Positions 39,013-50,240 of a DNA stretch of 64,000 nt are shown one piece after another. Under the pieces are notes generated by a model. That model did not search any database. It saw only the letters and a list, made by a program, of their open reading frames with translations, and was not told the DNA's origin. Origin of the DNA: Raillietiella orientalis (lineage: Eukaryota); NCBI GenBank assembly GCA_036172245.1, contig JAYWIR010000012.1:3596001-3660000 (forward strand), in the 5' to 3' direction. Position 1 is the stretch's first letter, and each line of letters starts with the position of its first letter. The translations under genes and the position numbers were made by a program.

Positions 39013-39634
39013 CAAATTTTTTCCCGTTGTGGTGATAAACACCCTGTGATATTCCTAAAAGATGTCCGTTATGACGATCTTAAAAGTTTATTAGACTATA
39101 TGTATAGAGGAGAAGTGAATGTGTCACAAGATCAACTACCTGTACTCATTAAAACTGCAGAAAGTTTAAAAATAAAAGGTTTAGCTGATAACACCAATGA
39201 TAAGAAAAAATCCTTTTCTGGTTCTGAAAAAAACAGAACTGTATGCAATATTCCAACTGATAGCAAAGGATGTGATGGATTTGAATGCCCCTTTAAACAA
39301 CAAGAGAATAGTAATTCACCATTACCCAAAAAGCCAAAAAAAGAACGAAAAAAATCTGGAGACAGTGTCCCTATAGAGGACAGTGATAGTCGGGAAGCAA
39401 CTTGTTTTCTTCCTTCATCTCCATCTTCTCAACCTTTGGTTATTGGTGCACAGATCTCTATTACCGAACCTGCTACTCCTGGGGAAGTCCACTCTGATCC
39501 TCTTGGAGTTGAGAGTCCTGTTCAACCAGATCATAATTTTAAAGAAGAACCAATTGATGATGATGAGTGTAGAGAATGTGAACCTGAAACAGATGAAGGT
39601 GATGGTGACTACTCACATTTATCCGAAGGAGAAG
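39013..39634 (+). CDS. lola: Locus B constant coding exon 2: C-terminal half of BTB plus linker
   Basis: Follows a 46-nt GT-AG intron. Encodes [59 protein letters not shown], a basic NLS-like [10 protein letters not shown] and an FKEEP SUMO-like motif. Phase-1 donor GAAG|GTACAT. Confidence 0.93.
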
Positions 39635-39685
39635 GTACATAGTGCAGTAGTAAAATTTCCATGTGTTTACTGTATGGTTTTTTAG

Positions 39686-39769
39686 GATTACCTCCTTGGT
39701 CAAATATTACTAATGCAAATTGTTCTAAAGATGCTAACCAATTTTCAGTCAATCAGGATGGATCTCAAG
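39686..39769 (+). CDS. lola: Locus B last constant exon (phase-1 donor for the variable cassette)
   Basis: Follows a 51-nt intron. 84 nt, GLPPWSNITNANCSKDANQFSVNQDGSQ(G), donor CAAG|GTAAGA. Confidence 0.88.
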
Positions 39770-40292
39770 GTAAGAATAATAAGATTTTTCTAAATTTCCC
39801 AAATGGGTTTAGTCACTTGTCTAATAAGCACCTAAAGGCGCTGGCTAGGCATGACTATTATGTCTGTCAGATTATTTTCACAGTATTTATGTCCCACACA
39901 TTGCATGTGTTTCTCAACATGTATCACATGGTAAAGATACTGCGCATATATTCAAGAAAACAAATTTTATTCAGTTAGCTTATTTAAGTTTGCTATTGTT
40001 TAGATTTCTGTGATGAACATGAACTTTATCATAGAATGGGATAAAAACAATTGAACACAAGTGTGCCAGTTGGCTCATTGCGTTGATATTTTGCAATAAA
40101 GTGGGAGATGTGTATTATCATAAGTAATGCTTGGGTATAAAATAGGCTTAAAATGGATGTGTAGTTGAGCAAGGTCTGAATTCAGTACATGCATTCTGTA
40201 GTATTCGAAAATTTTTACAGGGAGCATGCCACAGCTTGAAGTGGATTCATACCACCTAAAGCCATGTAAATGCTCTTCCTTTCTGGTTTCAG

Positions 40293-40534
40293 CCACTGGT
40301 CCTCATTTGATTTCAACGGAATTGCGAAGTGCAATGCCTTTTGTATGCACTGCGTGCGGTAGACACTACAAGCACAAATTTACCCTCATGCGGCATGTGA
40401 ATTACGAATGTGGCATCCCTCCCCAGTTTGTCTGTCCCTTTTGCCTGCTCAGCTTCAAACGCCAATATCATTTGCGAGATCATATAAAGAAGTTGCATCC
40501 TAAACTTCTTGATAGCACACCAGGTGGTCAATGA
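40293..40534 (+). CDS. Variable terminal exon B1, CCHC+C2H2 zinc-finger pair
   Basis: Acceptor ctggtttcAG, phase 1. Encodes FVCTACGRHYKHKFTLMRHVNYECGIPPQFVCPFCLLSFKRQYHLRDHIKKLH. Confidence 0.92.
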
Positions 40535-40669
40535 ACATTCCTGCAGTAGGATGAGTCGGGAGGGCAAGGCTTGAATGGCTGGGCACAAATTGAGGGAGGG
40601 CGTAAGGTAGGGGTAGGATTTATTATCATCATTGTCTTTCAAATTGAGACCACTTTCCTATTTTCCTAG

Positions 40670-41079
40670 AGGGTAATAGTGCAGAGAGATTGTTTGCCAG
40701 TCGAGATGTCATGTTGCCTTTTCCCACGAAACCCATCAGTCAGCTTGGTAACAGGGAAGTTCGAGAACTGCTTCCACGCTACCTGCGTTTCTTGTCACCC
40801 ATACGAACCCGGCATATGGGCTATGGCAAGCCAGAATACCGACCCATATTCTGGCCTTCTCATATTCCCTGGCATAATATCTTCAAAGTACCTGATGGTA
40901 TGCAGCCGGGACAGTGGACTGAGTGTCTGCGTGAGGTTCTTAGTGCGTGTGTCCGGCAGGCTGGGTTCGATCCTGAGTCCTATTACATGTATGGGTTACA
41001 GTTGCAACAAGGTAAAGGTTGGATTAACGTTTACAGCAAGACTGCAGATCAATGCTCACACAACGTTTTTCAGCCATAG
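40670..41079 (+). CDS. Variable exon B2 encoding an NRF-1/Erect wing (EWG)-like DNA-binding domain
   Basis: Acceptor ctttcctattttcctAG, phase 1, in frame with ORF 40690-41079. Motifs GYGKPEYRPIFWPSHIPWHNI and WTECLREVLSACVRQAG parallel the NRF-1/EWG signatures GWGKESCKPIWWPEDIPWANV and WTQALRTIVKNCYKQHG (recalled, not searched). AATAAA at 41280. Confidence 0.8.
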
Positions 41080-42045
41080 TTGATTCAACTTGAGAATGCA
41101 CAGAATATTGGACTGATTTGGTGAACTCCATCCATCATGTTTGATGGTCTAGTCGTCTAACTTGTTTATAAGCTTGGAAATCATTCTAAAATTTAGCATC
41201 AGGACTACTTCGTTAGTGACAATTTGCCTATTCTGGACCTTTCATCCATTCACACATTGTATCTTGTAATTTGTGTGCAAATAAATTCTTTTCTGATGTT
41301 TTAAGAAAGTTGGTACATTTAATGTAATTAGGTGTAACGTACATTCATTTATGTGTATGTGCATTCTCATGTGTGTATACTGACTGCCATACAGGAATTG
41401 TGTTTCTTATAATAATAATAGCTTGTAAACATTCAAGAATCTCAAGTGATACTAAAATAAGCAAAAATGTCTATAGGTTTCAATTTTAGATTTATGTGTC
41501 ATATAAATACAGTTGAGGCAATATGGGTAGCATCTCAATAAAATTGCTTTCACTGGAATACCTATGTAAGAATTATTATTTTAAGTTTGTGTTTCCTGAT
41601 CAGTTGTGTTTGTGATATGTAGGCAGTGAGTGTTTTATCATTGACATAAGATAATAGTTTATTCCTTTAGCCATTACTTTAGTAGTGTGTTATTATTAGC
41701 ATTAGTAATATATATAGTAGCACCAAGAATCAGAAAACAACAACAACAACAAAAAAAAAAAAAAAAAAAGATGCTTCGTTGAATGAATCGGATTCATTCT
41801 GAGTGCTTGATCTCATTAAAGTGGATGAGTTCCTTGGGAATCGTACCATTTTTACCTTCATGTAATTGTTCCCTTGTTGGCCAGTGAAAAATACGTGTGC
41901 TTCCTTGTATTAGATGTTGGTTTTTGATACATGCGAATGTGTATCGTGAATTCCTGTTCAGAGCTTTATTATTATCCCATAAATTTTGTATATCAAGCTT
42001 AAGCAAAAGCTGTAAGTCAATTGAAGGTATGTTGCATTATTTCAG

Positions 42046-42302
42046 ATGCACCACTGGTACCCTCGTCTCCTCATCCAGCTTTTATGTTAACTGTTCACTA
42101 TTGCCGTCGTTGCTGGAAAACTTTTCAAAACGAGGCGAACTTAAGCTATCACAAGCGCTATGATTGTGGTGTGGAGAGACGCTTCTCTTGCATTCATTGT
42201 GCAGACGGGAAAAAGTTTAAACGAAAGTATCATTTAAACCGACATTTGAAACAAGTTCACGGCGTCCAAGATACGGTGATTCCTTTCAACAGTTCCTTTT
42301 GA
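42046..42302 (+). CDS. Variable terminal exon B3, CCHC+C2H2 zinc-finger pair
   Basis: Acceptor attatttcAG, phase 1. Encodes HYCRRCWKTFQNEANLSYHKRYDCGVERRFSCIHCADGKKFKRKYHLNRHLKQVH. AATAAA at 42510. Confidence 0.9.
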
Positions 42303-42796
42303 GGTCATTCGCATGGGGTTTCGAGTCGATATGGGCAAAGGATGGGAAGATGGTTGACACAGTGTACATACTTGTGTTTTGTACTATCAGTACAGGAAGT
42401 AAGGAAATCCTAGGAATTATCCCGTACATATGGATATGTGAGGTGATGCATCAGATTATCTTATGATTCGTGTTCCTTGTTTTGTAAATATGTATTGCTG
42501 ATATTGATCAATAAAGCAAACTCATACATTGTAAGCTTATTGTTCTTGTACATGATCATTTGCTATCAAAAACATTTCTATTGTTTGGTGCTAGAGCATT
42601 CGTAGATTATATCATTCGTCTGTTTGTTATATAAGTCTGATGTGGTTTGCTGTTGGTCTGCTTATTCTCTTTAAAAAATCACAAATTGTATTTGAAGATA
42701 GAAACTTTTTTTTTTTCTTGGGAAAAGTAGAGATTAGTGGTATTGTTAAAGCTTAACTAAGATGATAGGTTCAGTGAATTCCCCCTTTTTTTCTAG

Positions 42797-43035
42797 GTCT
42801 GAGTGAAGAGTGGATTAAGTCTCCAGAAGACGATTCAAATATAAATAGAATTTATACTTGCGAGCGTTGTAGTAAGGCTTACAAGTTGAACCGTGATCTA
42901 CATAGGCACCGAAAGTGGGAATGCGGGGTTGAACCGCAGTTTCAATGCGTTTTGTGTCAGAAGAAATACAAGCGAAGATATCTGCTCACGAAGCATATAG
43001 CCCGAGTTCATACCGAAATTGAGGTTCTCGATTGA
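42797..43035 (+). CDS. Variable terminal exon B4, CCHC+C2H2 zinc-finger pair (absent from ORF track)
   Basis: Acceptor cccctttttttctAG, phase 1. Encodes GLSEEWIKSPEDDSNINRIYTCERCSKAYKLNRDLHRHRKWECGVEPQFQCVLCQKKYKRRYLLTKHIARVHTEIEVLD*. AATAAA at 43128. Confidence 0.92.
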
Positions 43036-43556
43036 ATCATTTTGTGAGCTTAACGCATCCATCATTGCAGTTTGTATGTTTAAAGGGAGAAGGTATCGAA
43101 TAGTATATTTTCTTTATGAGATTTTGGAATAAAAGTTTTAGTTGAATTAACTTTTTGTCGTTCAGTATTCTGATTTTTCATGATTTTGCAATGTTAAAAA
43201 TTCTCCACACAGTTTGTATTTGAATGTATACGCAATATATATGTGTATACGTGTATACGTACGTTCCATGCTTTTATGTACGTACATACACATTTGGGAA
43301 AACTTTATTGTAAATGCTTTTTCATATTCAAAGAATGAGAATTTGTTACCATGGTCTGTTATGACAGTTTGCGTTAGATTGTGCATATTTACAAATAAAA
43401 TTGTTTTTTTTTTTTTTTTTTTCTCCTCCCTTCCTTCCTTTCTTCCTCTCTTTTTTTTTTGTTTTTTTTTTGTTCCCCCCCCCCTTTTTTTTTTTTGCTG
43501 AAAACCTTTTAATAGTTTTTATGAGAATCGCTTATTCTAGTTTTTCCACATTATAG

Positions 43557-43795
43557 GATCAGCAATCTTAACACAAGGAATGGCGTATCAACCTGCGTTA
43601 CCCACGAAGCCTTTTCATTGCCACAAGTGCCCAAAATCCTATAAAAATAAATCGCATTTGTATCGCCATCTCCGTTATGAATGTGGCGTTCCTCCACAGT
43701 TTGCGTGCTCTTTGTGTGGTTATAAATTCAAGCACAAAAGTCATTTACAAGCACACATGATGATTCATAGGAATATAATGGTAGAGCATCATTAA
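43557..43795 (+). CDS. Variable terminal exon B5, CCHC+C2H2 zinc-finger pair
   Basis: Acceptor ccacattatAG, phase 1. Encodes KPFHCHKCPKSYKNKSHLYRHLRYECGVPPQFACSLCGYKFKHKSHLQAHMMIH. Confidence 0.92.
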
Positions 43796-44645
43796 ACATG
43801 GTCAGATGATGGAGGAAGACATTTTGTATGTGTTTTGTTAGCATATGTTACGACCATGCATATGTATTATGAATTGTGTCCATATTAGTGAATGTTTATG
43901 AAAGAAAGAAAGAAAGGAGGAGGAAAAAAACAAACAAACAAACAAACAAACAAAAACAAACAGATCTTCGAGTACCGCTGATGAAAGAAAGGAGAGAAAT
44001 CTGTTCTTGAAAATGTTGAGAAGCTGAACTTGCTGAAAGGCGGCAGCGGCGCACTTTCCTGGTTTTGCGTAGAGAGCATCGAATTTCGAATTAAATGTGG
44101 AACTGTTAAAGCGATTTTTGGATGTTGAGAAACAAAATTGTTCAAAACCATATCTCATTTAAGTCGAATGTCCCAAGTGAAAGTCTTAATGTATATTGGT
44201 AGTAATTGAAAGTTACAGATAAAGCAGGAAAAGAAAAAAAAAAAAAATGCATGCTGAGACCTGCGAGCATAAATTAAATGTATATGCCATCACATAATAA
44301 ATTTATTTAGAGAATTGTTTCATGTAAATGCATTTCCATGAAATAATTTGCTATAAAGCATCCTGTCTGGCTTGAACGACTCAGGATAATTCATTCATTG
44401 TCTTTGTGTAATTTTTTTTTTTTTTTTTTTCGTTGCAGAGTATAAGTACAGTGTGTACAAGGTACGTTCCAAACCACGAAGAAAGTAGTAATGCCTTCGT
44501 AAACAAGTCAATTTTAACTAAGCCAAGTTTTCTGTCCAAACCATAATCATAATATAATAATAAATAATGAGCAGAAAGGTTGTGCCTCTCGCAAAGAGAA
44601 AAAAAGAAAGAAAGAAAAAAAAAAAAAAAAAAGACACGACATAAA

Positions 44646-44698
<53 letters not shown>

Positions 44699-44770
44699 AT
44701 TAAAAAATCTTCGATAAGAAATAAATAAATAGAAAATTTGAAAACCCTTAACGTCGCCTTTTATTTCCAG

Positions 44771-44988
44771 GTCCTCGAACTCGGGCATCCAAACAATTCG
44801 GTTGCCCTAAATGTGGTAAAGGATACGCATACAAAGAGAACTTGAGCCGCCACGTAAATTGGGAGTGCGGCTCCGCTAAGAAACACTTTCAATGTCCGAT
44901 TTGTTACAAACAGTTTCGACAAAAATATGGTGTTAAAATTCACATGAGGACGCAGCATTTGCATCTTATCAATCCTACTATAATTTAG
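44771..44988 (+). CDS. Variable terminal exon B6, CCHC+C2H2 zinc-finger pair (absent from ORF track)
   Basis: Acceptor ttttatttccAG, phase 1. Encodes GPRTRASKQFGCPKCGKGYAYKENLSRHVNWECGSAKKHFQCPICYKQFRQKYGVKIHMRTQHLHLINPTII*. Confidence 0.92.
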
Positions 44989-45744
44989 ACGAATGGCTTT
45001 GAGTTTTTTTTTCTCTCTTTTTTTTTTTCCTTTTCTTTTTTTTTTTTAAAGAAAAAAAAAGTATTCACGATGGCTGGTGTATGAGAAAGTCGTTTTTATT
45101 TTTTTTTTTTTGTCTAAAAAAAAAAAACAAAACAAAAAGGGAGAGAGGGAGAGAGAGAGAGGAAAGGAAGGGAAAGGAAAGAAAAGAAAAAAAAAAGAGG
45201 AGTCAATTCCCAGTAATGTGGCGGTGGCCCGCCGTGCAGAGAGCGTTTCGGTTGAAGAAGCAATGCGAAACAGTTAGGTACATTACATCTCGCTTGGCTC
45301 CCGTGCTTTCGACGGCTAGGTCGGCATTTCTAGGAATGGGTTTAGCACGACGTTTAGCATCCGTTGGCATCGGAAGATTCCTCCCCTCCCCTCCCCTTTT
45401 TTGTTTTTGTTTTTGCCCGCCCACCACATTCTCTAAGACGGATTGTGTGTACATAGGGTTTTTTTTTTTTTTTGTGTGTGTGTGTGTGTGTGCGGGTGTT
45501 AATCTTCCACTCCATCTCTTGCGCCTAGGTATAACGAGCTGTGTAGCAAAAAGCATAATAAACGGAATTTTTTTTCTTAATGCAGGATTTTCATTTATTT
45601 GATCCCGTTTCCGGATCCACCTTAAAAGCAAAACAAAACAAAGGTATCCAGCAGGTTTCATTCATTTGTATCCCATAGCGTGCACGTGGTGTGTTCGTAG
45701 GCTCCGCACACGTATCCGATGCAAATACTCTTTCTCGTTTCTAG

Positions 45745-45932
45745 GTCCATTTGTTTGCTCCGAGTGCAGTCGTTGTTACAAACAGAAAAACCTCTTACGA
45801 CGCCATCTGAAATCACGAATGCAGCAGACACACAAGTCGTTTGCTTGTACGGTGCGTTGTAAAACGTTTGCGCACAAATTGAGACTGACCCGTCGTGTAC
45901 GAAGTGTTGTCCACGGGATGTCCGCAAAGTAA
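45745..45932 (+). pseudogene. Decaying variable zinc-finger exon B7 (open frame, zinc ligands lost)
   Basis: Good phase-1 acceptor tttctcgtttctAG. Encodes GPFVCSECSRCYKQKNLLRRHLKSRMQQTHKSFACTVRCKTFAHKLRLTRRVRSVVH. The GAA TGC (EC) codons are present but shifted out of frame, and finger 2 lacks its first His. Confidence 0.75.
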
Positions 45933-46174
45933 ATGCGCGCGCCACGAGGAAGCTGTGTTGTGTTCCTCTCCCTCTCCCTCCCTCTCTCTCTCTCTCGCTC
46001 GCTCGCTCGTTGCCCTGACCACCCTTCCTCTCGCACTGTGTGTTTCGGTCGTAACGCTGGCGCACGTGAAGAGCGGTCGGAAGGGAACTCTGGTGAACGC
46101 TTCGAGGTTGACAGAAGAAGAAAGAGAGGCACATTCTCAGTGTGTTTTTCCATGGGCACTGTATGGAATTTCAG

Positions 46175-46392
46175 ATGCTAGATTTGGAAGCCACGTAAAA
46201 TTTCACGAGAAACCATTTATGTGTGATACATGCGGAAGAAGATATCTGCGGAAAATGACTTTAAAACGACATGTCGTTTATGAATGTGGTGGCCGGAAAT
46301 GCTTCCGATGTCCTATTGAGAACTGCAGCAAAACATACACGCAGAACCAAACTCTCAGGCATCATATGACGCTCTTCCATCGATTAACATGA
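46175..46392 (+). CDS. Variable terminal exon B8, CCHC+C2H2 zinc-finger pair
   Basis: Acceptor gaatttcAG, phase 1. Encodes FMCDTCGRRYLRKMTLKRHVVYECGGRKCFRCPIENCSKTYTQNQTLRHHMTLFH. AATAAA at 46409. Confidence 0.9.
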
Positions 46393-47090
46393 GCTCTTGT
46401 GATTACAGAATAAAGATATTGTGTAGCGCCCATGGGCTTTTTCATTTTTTTTAAAAAAAAATAAATGGTGCAATTGTGAAAGACACGGCTTTTCTCTTCC
46501 TTTTTTTTCCTGACCCCCCTCCCCCCCGCTTCCCGTTTTGCGTCCGAACTGGCAAATGTCATGACGAAAGAAGCGACTGTCCAGCATCGCCTCGATCTTA
46601 GACAGACAGAGAGAGAGAGAGAGACATCGATTTTCAGAAATGACGTAACCTTCGTCTTTTTTTTTTTGTTTTGGGAAAGTGCTGCTATATCTGCACTTTT
46701 CCGAGTTATCACTGGGAATACCTATCGTAGTTCCCCCCCCCCCCCTAGTTGTAAACGTAGCTGTCGTAGCGTGCAGCTGCTGTGCTACTGGCAGTGTATA
46801 TTGTGTGTTGCTTGGGTGTTGTTTGACTCTTGGCACAATGCGTTGTTTTGTTTTTTGTTTTGTTTTGTTTTTGCTTGATCAGTTTGGATCAAAAAAGCTT
46901 CTGTGGATTTGCCGTAACTCAGGGACGTGTGAGCCTTTTAAGAAAAGCCGTGAAAAAGCCCCCTTTTGTTTTCTTTTTTTTTTTTTTGCTTGCTTCTGAT
47001 TGATTGATTGCTTGATTAAGAAGCTCATTGCTATTATGTATTTTACTAACCACTCTAATTTTCACTGGTACTGTCTTTTTTCCTTTTCAG

Positions 47091-47395
47091 GAGATTGGTT
47101 ATTAGGTTTTCATTTCCTAGCTGAACCGGTGAACAATGATATTGATAGTAAAATGCTAAGCTCAAGTGGTGTGACCTGGTATTGCTGTGACCGATGTGGA
47201 CGGCGCTACACACAAAAGCCTAATTTGAAGCGACACCAGCGCCTCGAATGTGGCGTCGAACGCAAGTTTCAGTGTAAACAGTGCGGTTTGAAATTTGTCC
47301 ACAAACATCACCTCAAGTCACACATGAGCAGTGTTTGCGGAGCGAGGAGTCAAATATTGTCCGGCATGACATGTGTCATCAAGAAATGCCCTTGA
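47091..47395 (+). CDS. Variable terminal exon B9, zinc-finger pair
   Basis: Branch point TACTAAC (47044-47050), then polypyrimidine tract and cAG, phase 1. Encodes YCCDRCGRRYTQKPNLKRHQRLECGVERKFQCKQCGLKFVHKHHLKSHMSSVC. AATAAA at 47891. Confidence 0.92.
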
Positions 47396-47726
47396 CTGGC
47401 GGCATTTGTCTCGAAAGACGTTTTTTTGAAATGATTGGACCTTTTTTTTCCTTGTTTTTTTTTTTTTTTTTCCTTTTTCCTTTTTTTTTTTTTTTTTGAT
47501 TTCCTCTCGTTATTGCGGAAACCATTCTTCTAGTCCCTGTTATGCGAGGCTTTGTGCTGCCTGTCCGTCGGCACTCTCCATTCCTCAAGTTTAAGATAGA
47601 GTTTTGCCAGAATATCAGTTCCAGTGATCTCTAGTCATTGTAGTTAATTTGATGATCTCATGTGTTTTACCAATATGTGCAATACGTAATTAGTCATTCA
47701 TCTGTTTGTTTGTTTCCATCCTTATA

Positions 47727-47757
<31 letters not shown>

Positions 47758-48372
47758 TTATTTATTTATTTATTTTTTTGTTTTGTTGTTCACCTCCATG
47801 ATTTAGGAATGCTAAAGAATTTATACCTGTTCATGACTGAAATTTGCTATAAAATTTTTGTGTATTCTAAGAATATTGTTTATTGTAATGAATAAAGTAA
47901 AAACTGGCCAACCACCATGATTTTCTAGTGTAGCATTTGCTGATGGCAAGTGTTCCAAATATGTTTTAATCTCATTCACTTGTTTTCTGGTTTGATTTTT
48001 TTTTTGTGAATGTGCAGTTGAATTTTGCATACATGTTTTTTTTCATCAATGTAAGCAACTTTTTAACATTCAAATTGGTAGATATATATATGTATAGATA
48101 GATATATAGATATATATATGTGTGGATATGTGTGTTTATATATATATATATATGTATATATATGTCTATATCTCATTAGCATAGCTAAACAGTGTAGAAG
48201 GAACGCCAGCCAACTTGTAGTAATATTTCAAATAGTAGTAGTAGCAAGCCTGTTATTACATTCCGTTGTGATGGCAGCGTTTAGCTACCAGAAGATTTCT
48301 TTGAGTGGTGGCGCTGTTCTGCCATGCCTTCCCCCCTGACTGGCTATTGACTCCTCCATTTGTGTATTCCAG

Positions 48373-48665
48373 AGACATCGGACGAAAAGCTGAAATTACA
48401 CACTGTTCAAATCGATGAAAGCGCTTTCACCGTAGTCCAGGCGGGGGTCCACTACTTTTGCCCAAAGTGCAATCGGCCTTACTTGTTGCGGAAAAGTCTC
48501 AGCAGGCACCTTCGCTACGAGTGCGGAGTGCAAAAACAGTTCTGCTGTCAAGTGTGTGGCCGGTCGTACACTCGGAGAGCGTCCATGGTCAAACACGTCA
48601 CGAAACACGTTCCGTTTACTTTGCAGAAACAGCCCGAGGTGCAAAGTGATGCGAGCATGCAATGA
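48373..48665 (+). CDS. Variable terminal exon B10, CCHC+C2H2 zinc-finger pair
   Basis: Acceptor gtattccAG, phase 1. Encodes YFCPKCNRPYLLRKSLSRHLRYECGVQKQFCCQVCGRSYTRRASMVKHVTKH. AATAAA at 48778. Confidence 0.9.
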
Positions 48666-49165
48666 TATACCTCAGTTTTTTTTTTTTTTTATATAACAGG
48701 ATATTCCTTCCTTCCTTTTTTTTTTTTTTTTTAAAATTTCCCCTTCATTCATTTGAACAAATATAGTCTGAATAATTAATAAAGATTACTATCTGTTGTT
48801 GGTTTTTATTTATTCCGACGACATACAGCAGGAATCTTTTTTGTTTTGTTTTTGCCTTGGTTAGCTCTTGCATCTCGCGGAAAAAAAAAAAACAAAAACA
48901 AAAAACAAAAAAAAAAAGAAAAGAAAAAAAAAAAATCTGTGATGTGATGATATACGCGTCGAGTTTTGGCACCACTTTGCACTTCGAGAGTTATACTGAA
49001 TGTCTTGTAAAAAAAAAAAAAAAAAAAAACAAAAAAAAAACCCCATGTGAGTTCCCAATTTTTTGTGCATGCCGTGAACTGCATACTGAGCTCTTAATCT
49101 ATGAGTGTAATTGGTTGAATCATTTTCATTTATTTTCTTAATTGTAAGAATCGACCTCGTTTCAG

Positions 49166-49371
49166 GTCACCAGCAAAGCAGGGCAGGGTTCAGCAACAGT
49201 TTCATTTGCGAGAGGTGCGGAAAAAGCTACAAGTATAAGTTTCTGCTTAACAGGCACCGAAAATATGAATGCGGCAACAGAAAATGTTTCCCATGCGATC
49301 AATGCCCCAAGGCATACAGACAAAGCTACACCCTGATACGTCACATGAAACAGATGCACGAGACGACCTAA
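49166..49371 (+). CDS. Variable terminal exon B11, CCHC+C2H2 zinc-finger pair
   Basis: Acceptor ctcgtttcAG, phase 1. Encodes FICERCGKSYKYKFLLNRHRKYECGNRKCFPCDQCPKAYRQSYTLIRHMKQMH. Confidence 0.92.
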
Positions 49372-50049
49372 CACGTGGATGACTGAATCTCGGAGTCGTT
49401 TCCTCCTTTGTGGCCAAGCCAATTGATTGCGAAACGTAACGGAAAGCATGCCGTATCTCTCATATACGTATGTATGTGTGTGTGAGTGCGTGCGTGCTGC
49501 GTGCGTGGTATGTGGTCCAGGGAGAGGAGAAAAGGAAGAAAAAAGGAAAACCTCGTGTCTCGATTTTTTTCTTTCTTTCTTTTTTTTTTTTCTCTTCCGA
49601 GAGCACCGTATTTTCCCGGTTCTGCGTGTTCCTGCTGGACTGCGAAAAATGAGTCCACCGACCTTGGTGTGTGTGTGTGTGTGTGTGTGTGTGTGGAAAT
49701 CGGCAGACCACGAAACTTTTTTTCAACTGAAAACACAAAAACAAAATAAAACACAATGAAATGAAGAAGAAGACGTGCTTATGGATTTGCTTGCATGTTG
49801 TGCAAAAATGAAAGCGCTCCCTTCCTTCCCTCCTTCCCTTTTTTTTGTTGTTTTTGCTGCTGCTGCTGCTGCAAACAGTACAAGTTTAGTGGTTTGTCCA
49901 TTCCCCACTACATGCATTTGAAACAAATTTCTGGTCACCTCTCACCACCATACCACCACACCTTTCATGTTTTTGTGAGTGGCTGTTTCTGACAGCTCAC
50001 AGTAAACTTTCATTTTATAGCAACAAATTCATGGCGCGTTTCTTTTCAG

Positions 50050-50240
50050 CTGAAGTGGGAGATGGCCCATTCATTTGCCGGAGATGTGGCAAGTACTATC
50101 CGTTCAAAACGAGTCTCAACCGACATAGGAAATTTTCTTGCGGAGTTTATCCACAGTTTGAGTGTTACATCTGTTGGAAACGATTCAGTTACAAGCATGA
50201 CTTAAAAAGGCATCAAAGAAATTGTCATTCTCATAATTAA
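50050..50240 (+). CDS. Variable terminal exon B12, CCHC+C2H2 zinc-finger pair
   Basis: Acceptor tttcttttcAG, phase 1. Encodes FICRRCGKYYPFKTSLNRHRKFSCGVYPQFECYICWKRFSYKHDLKRHQRNCH. Confidence 0.92.
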
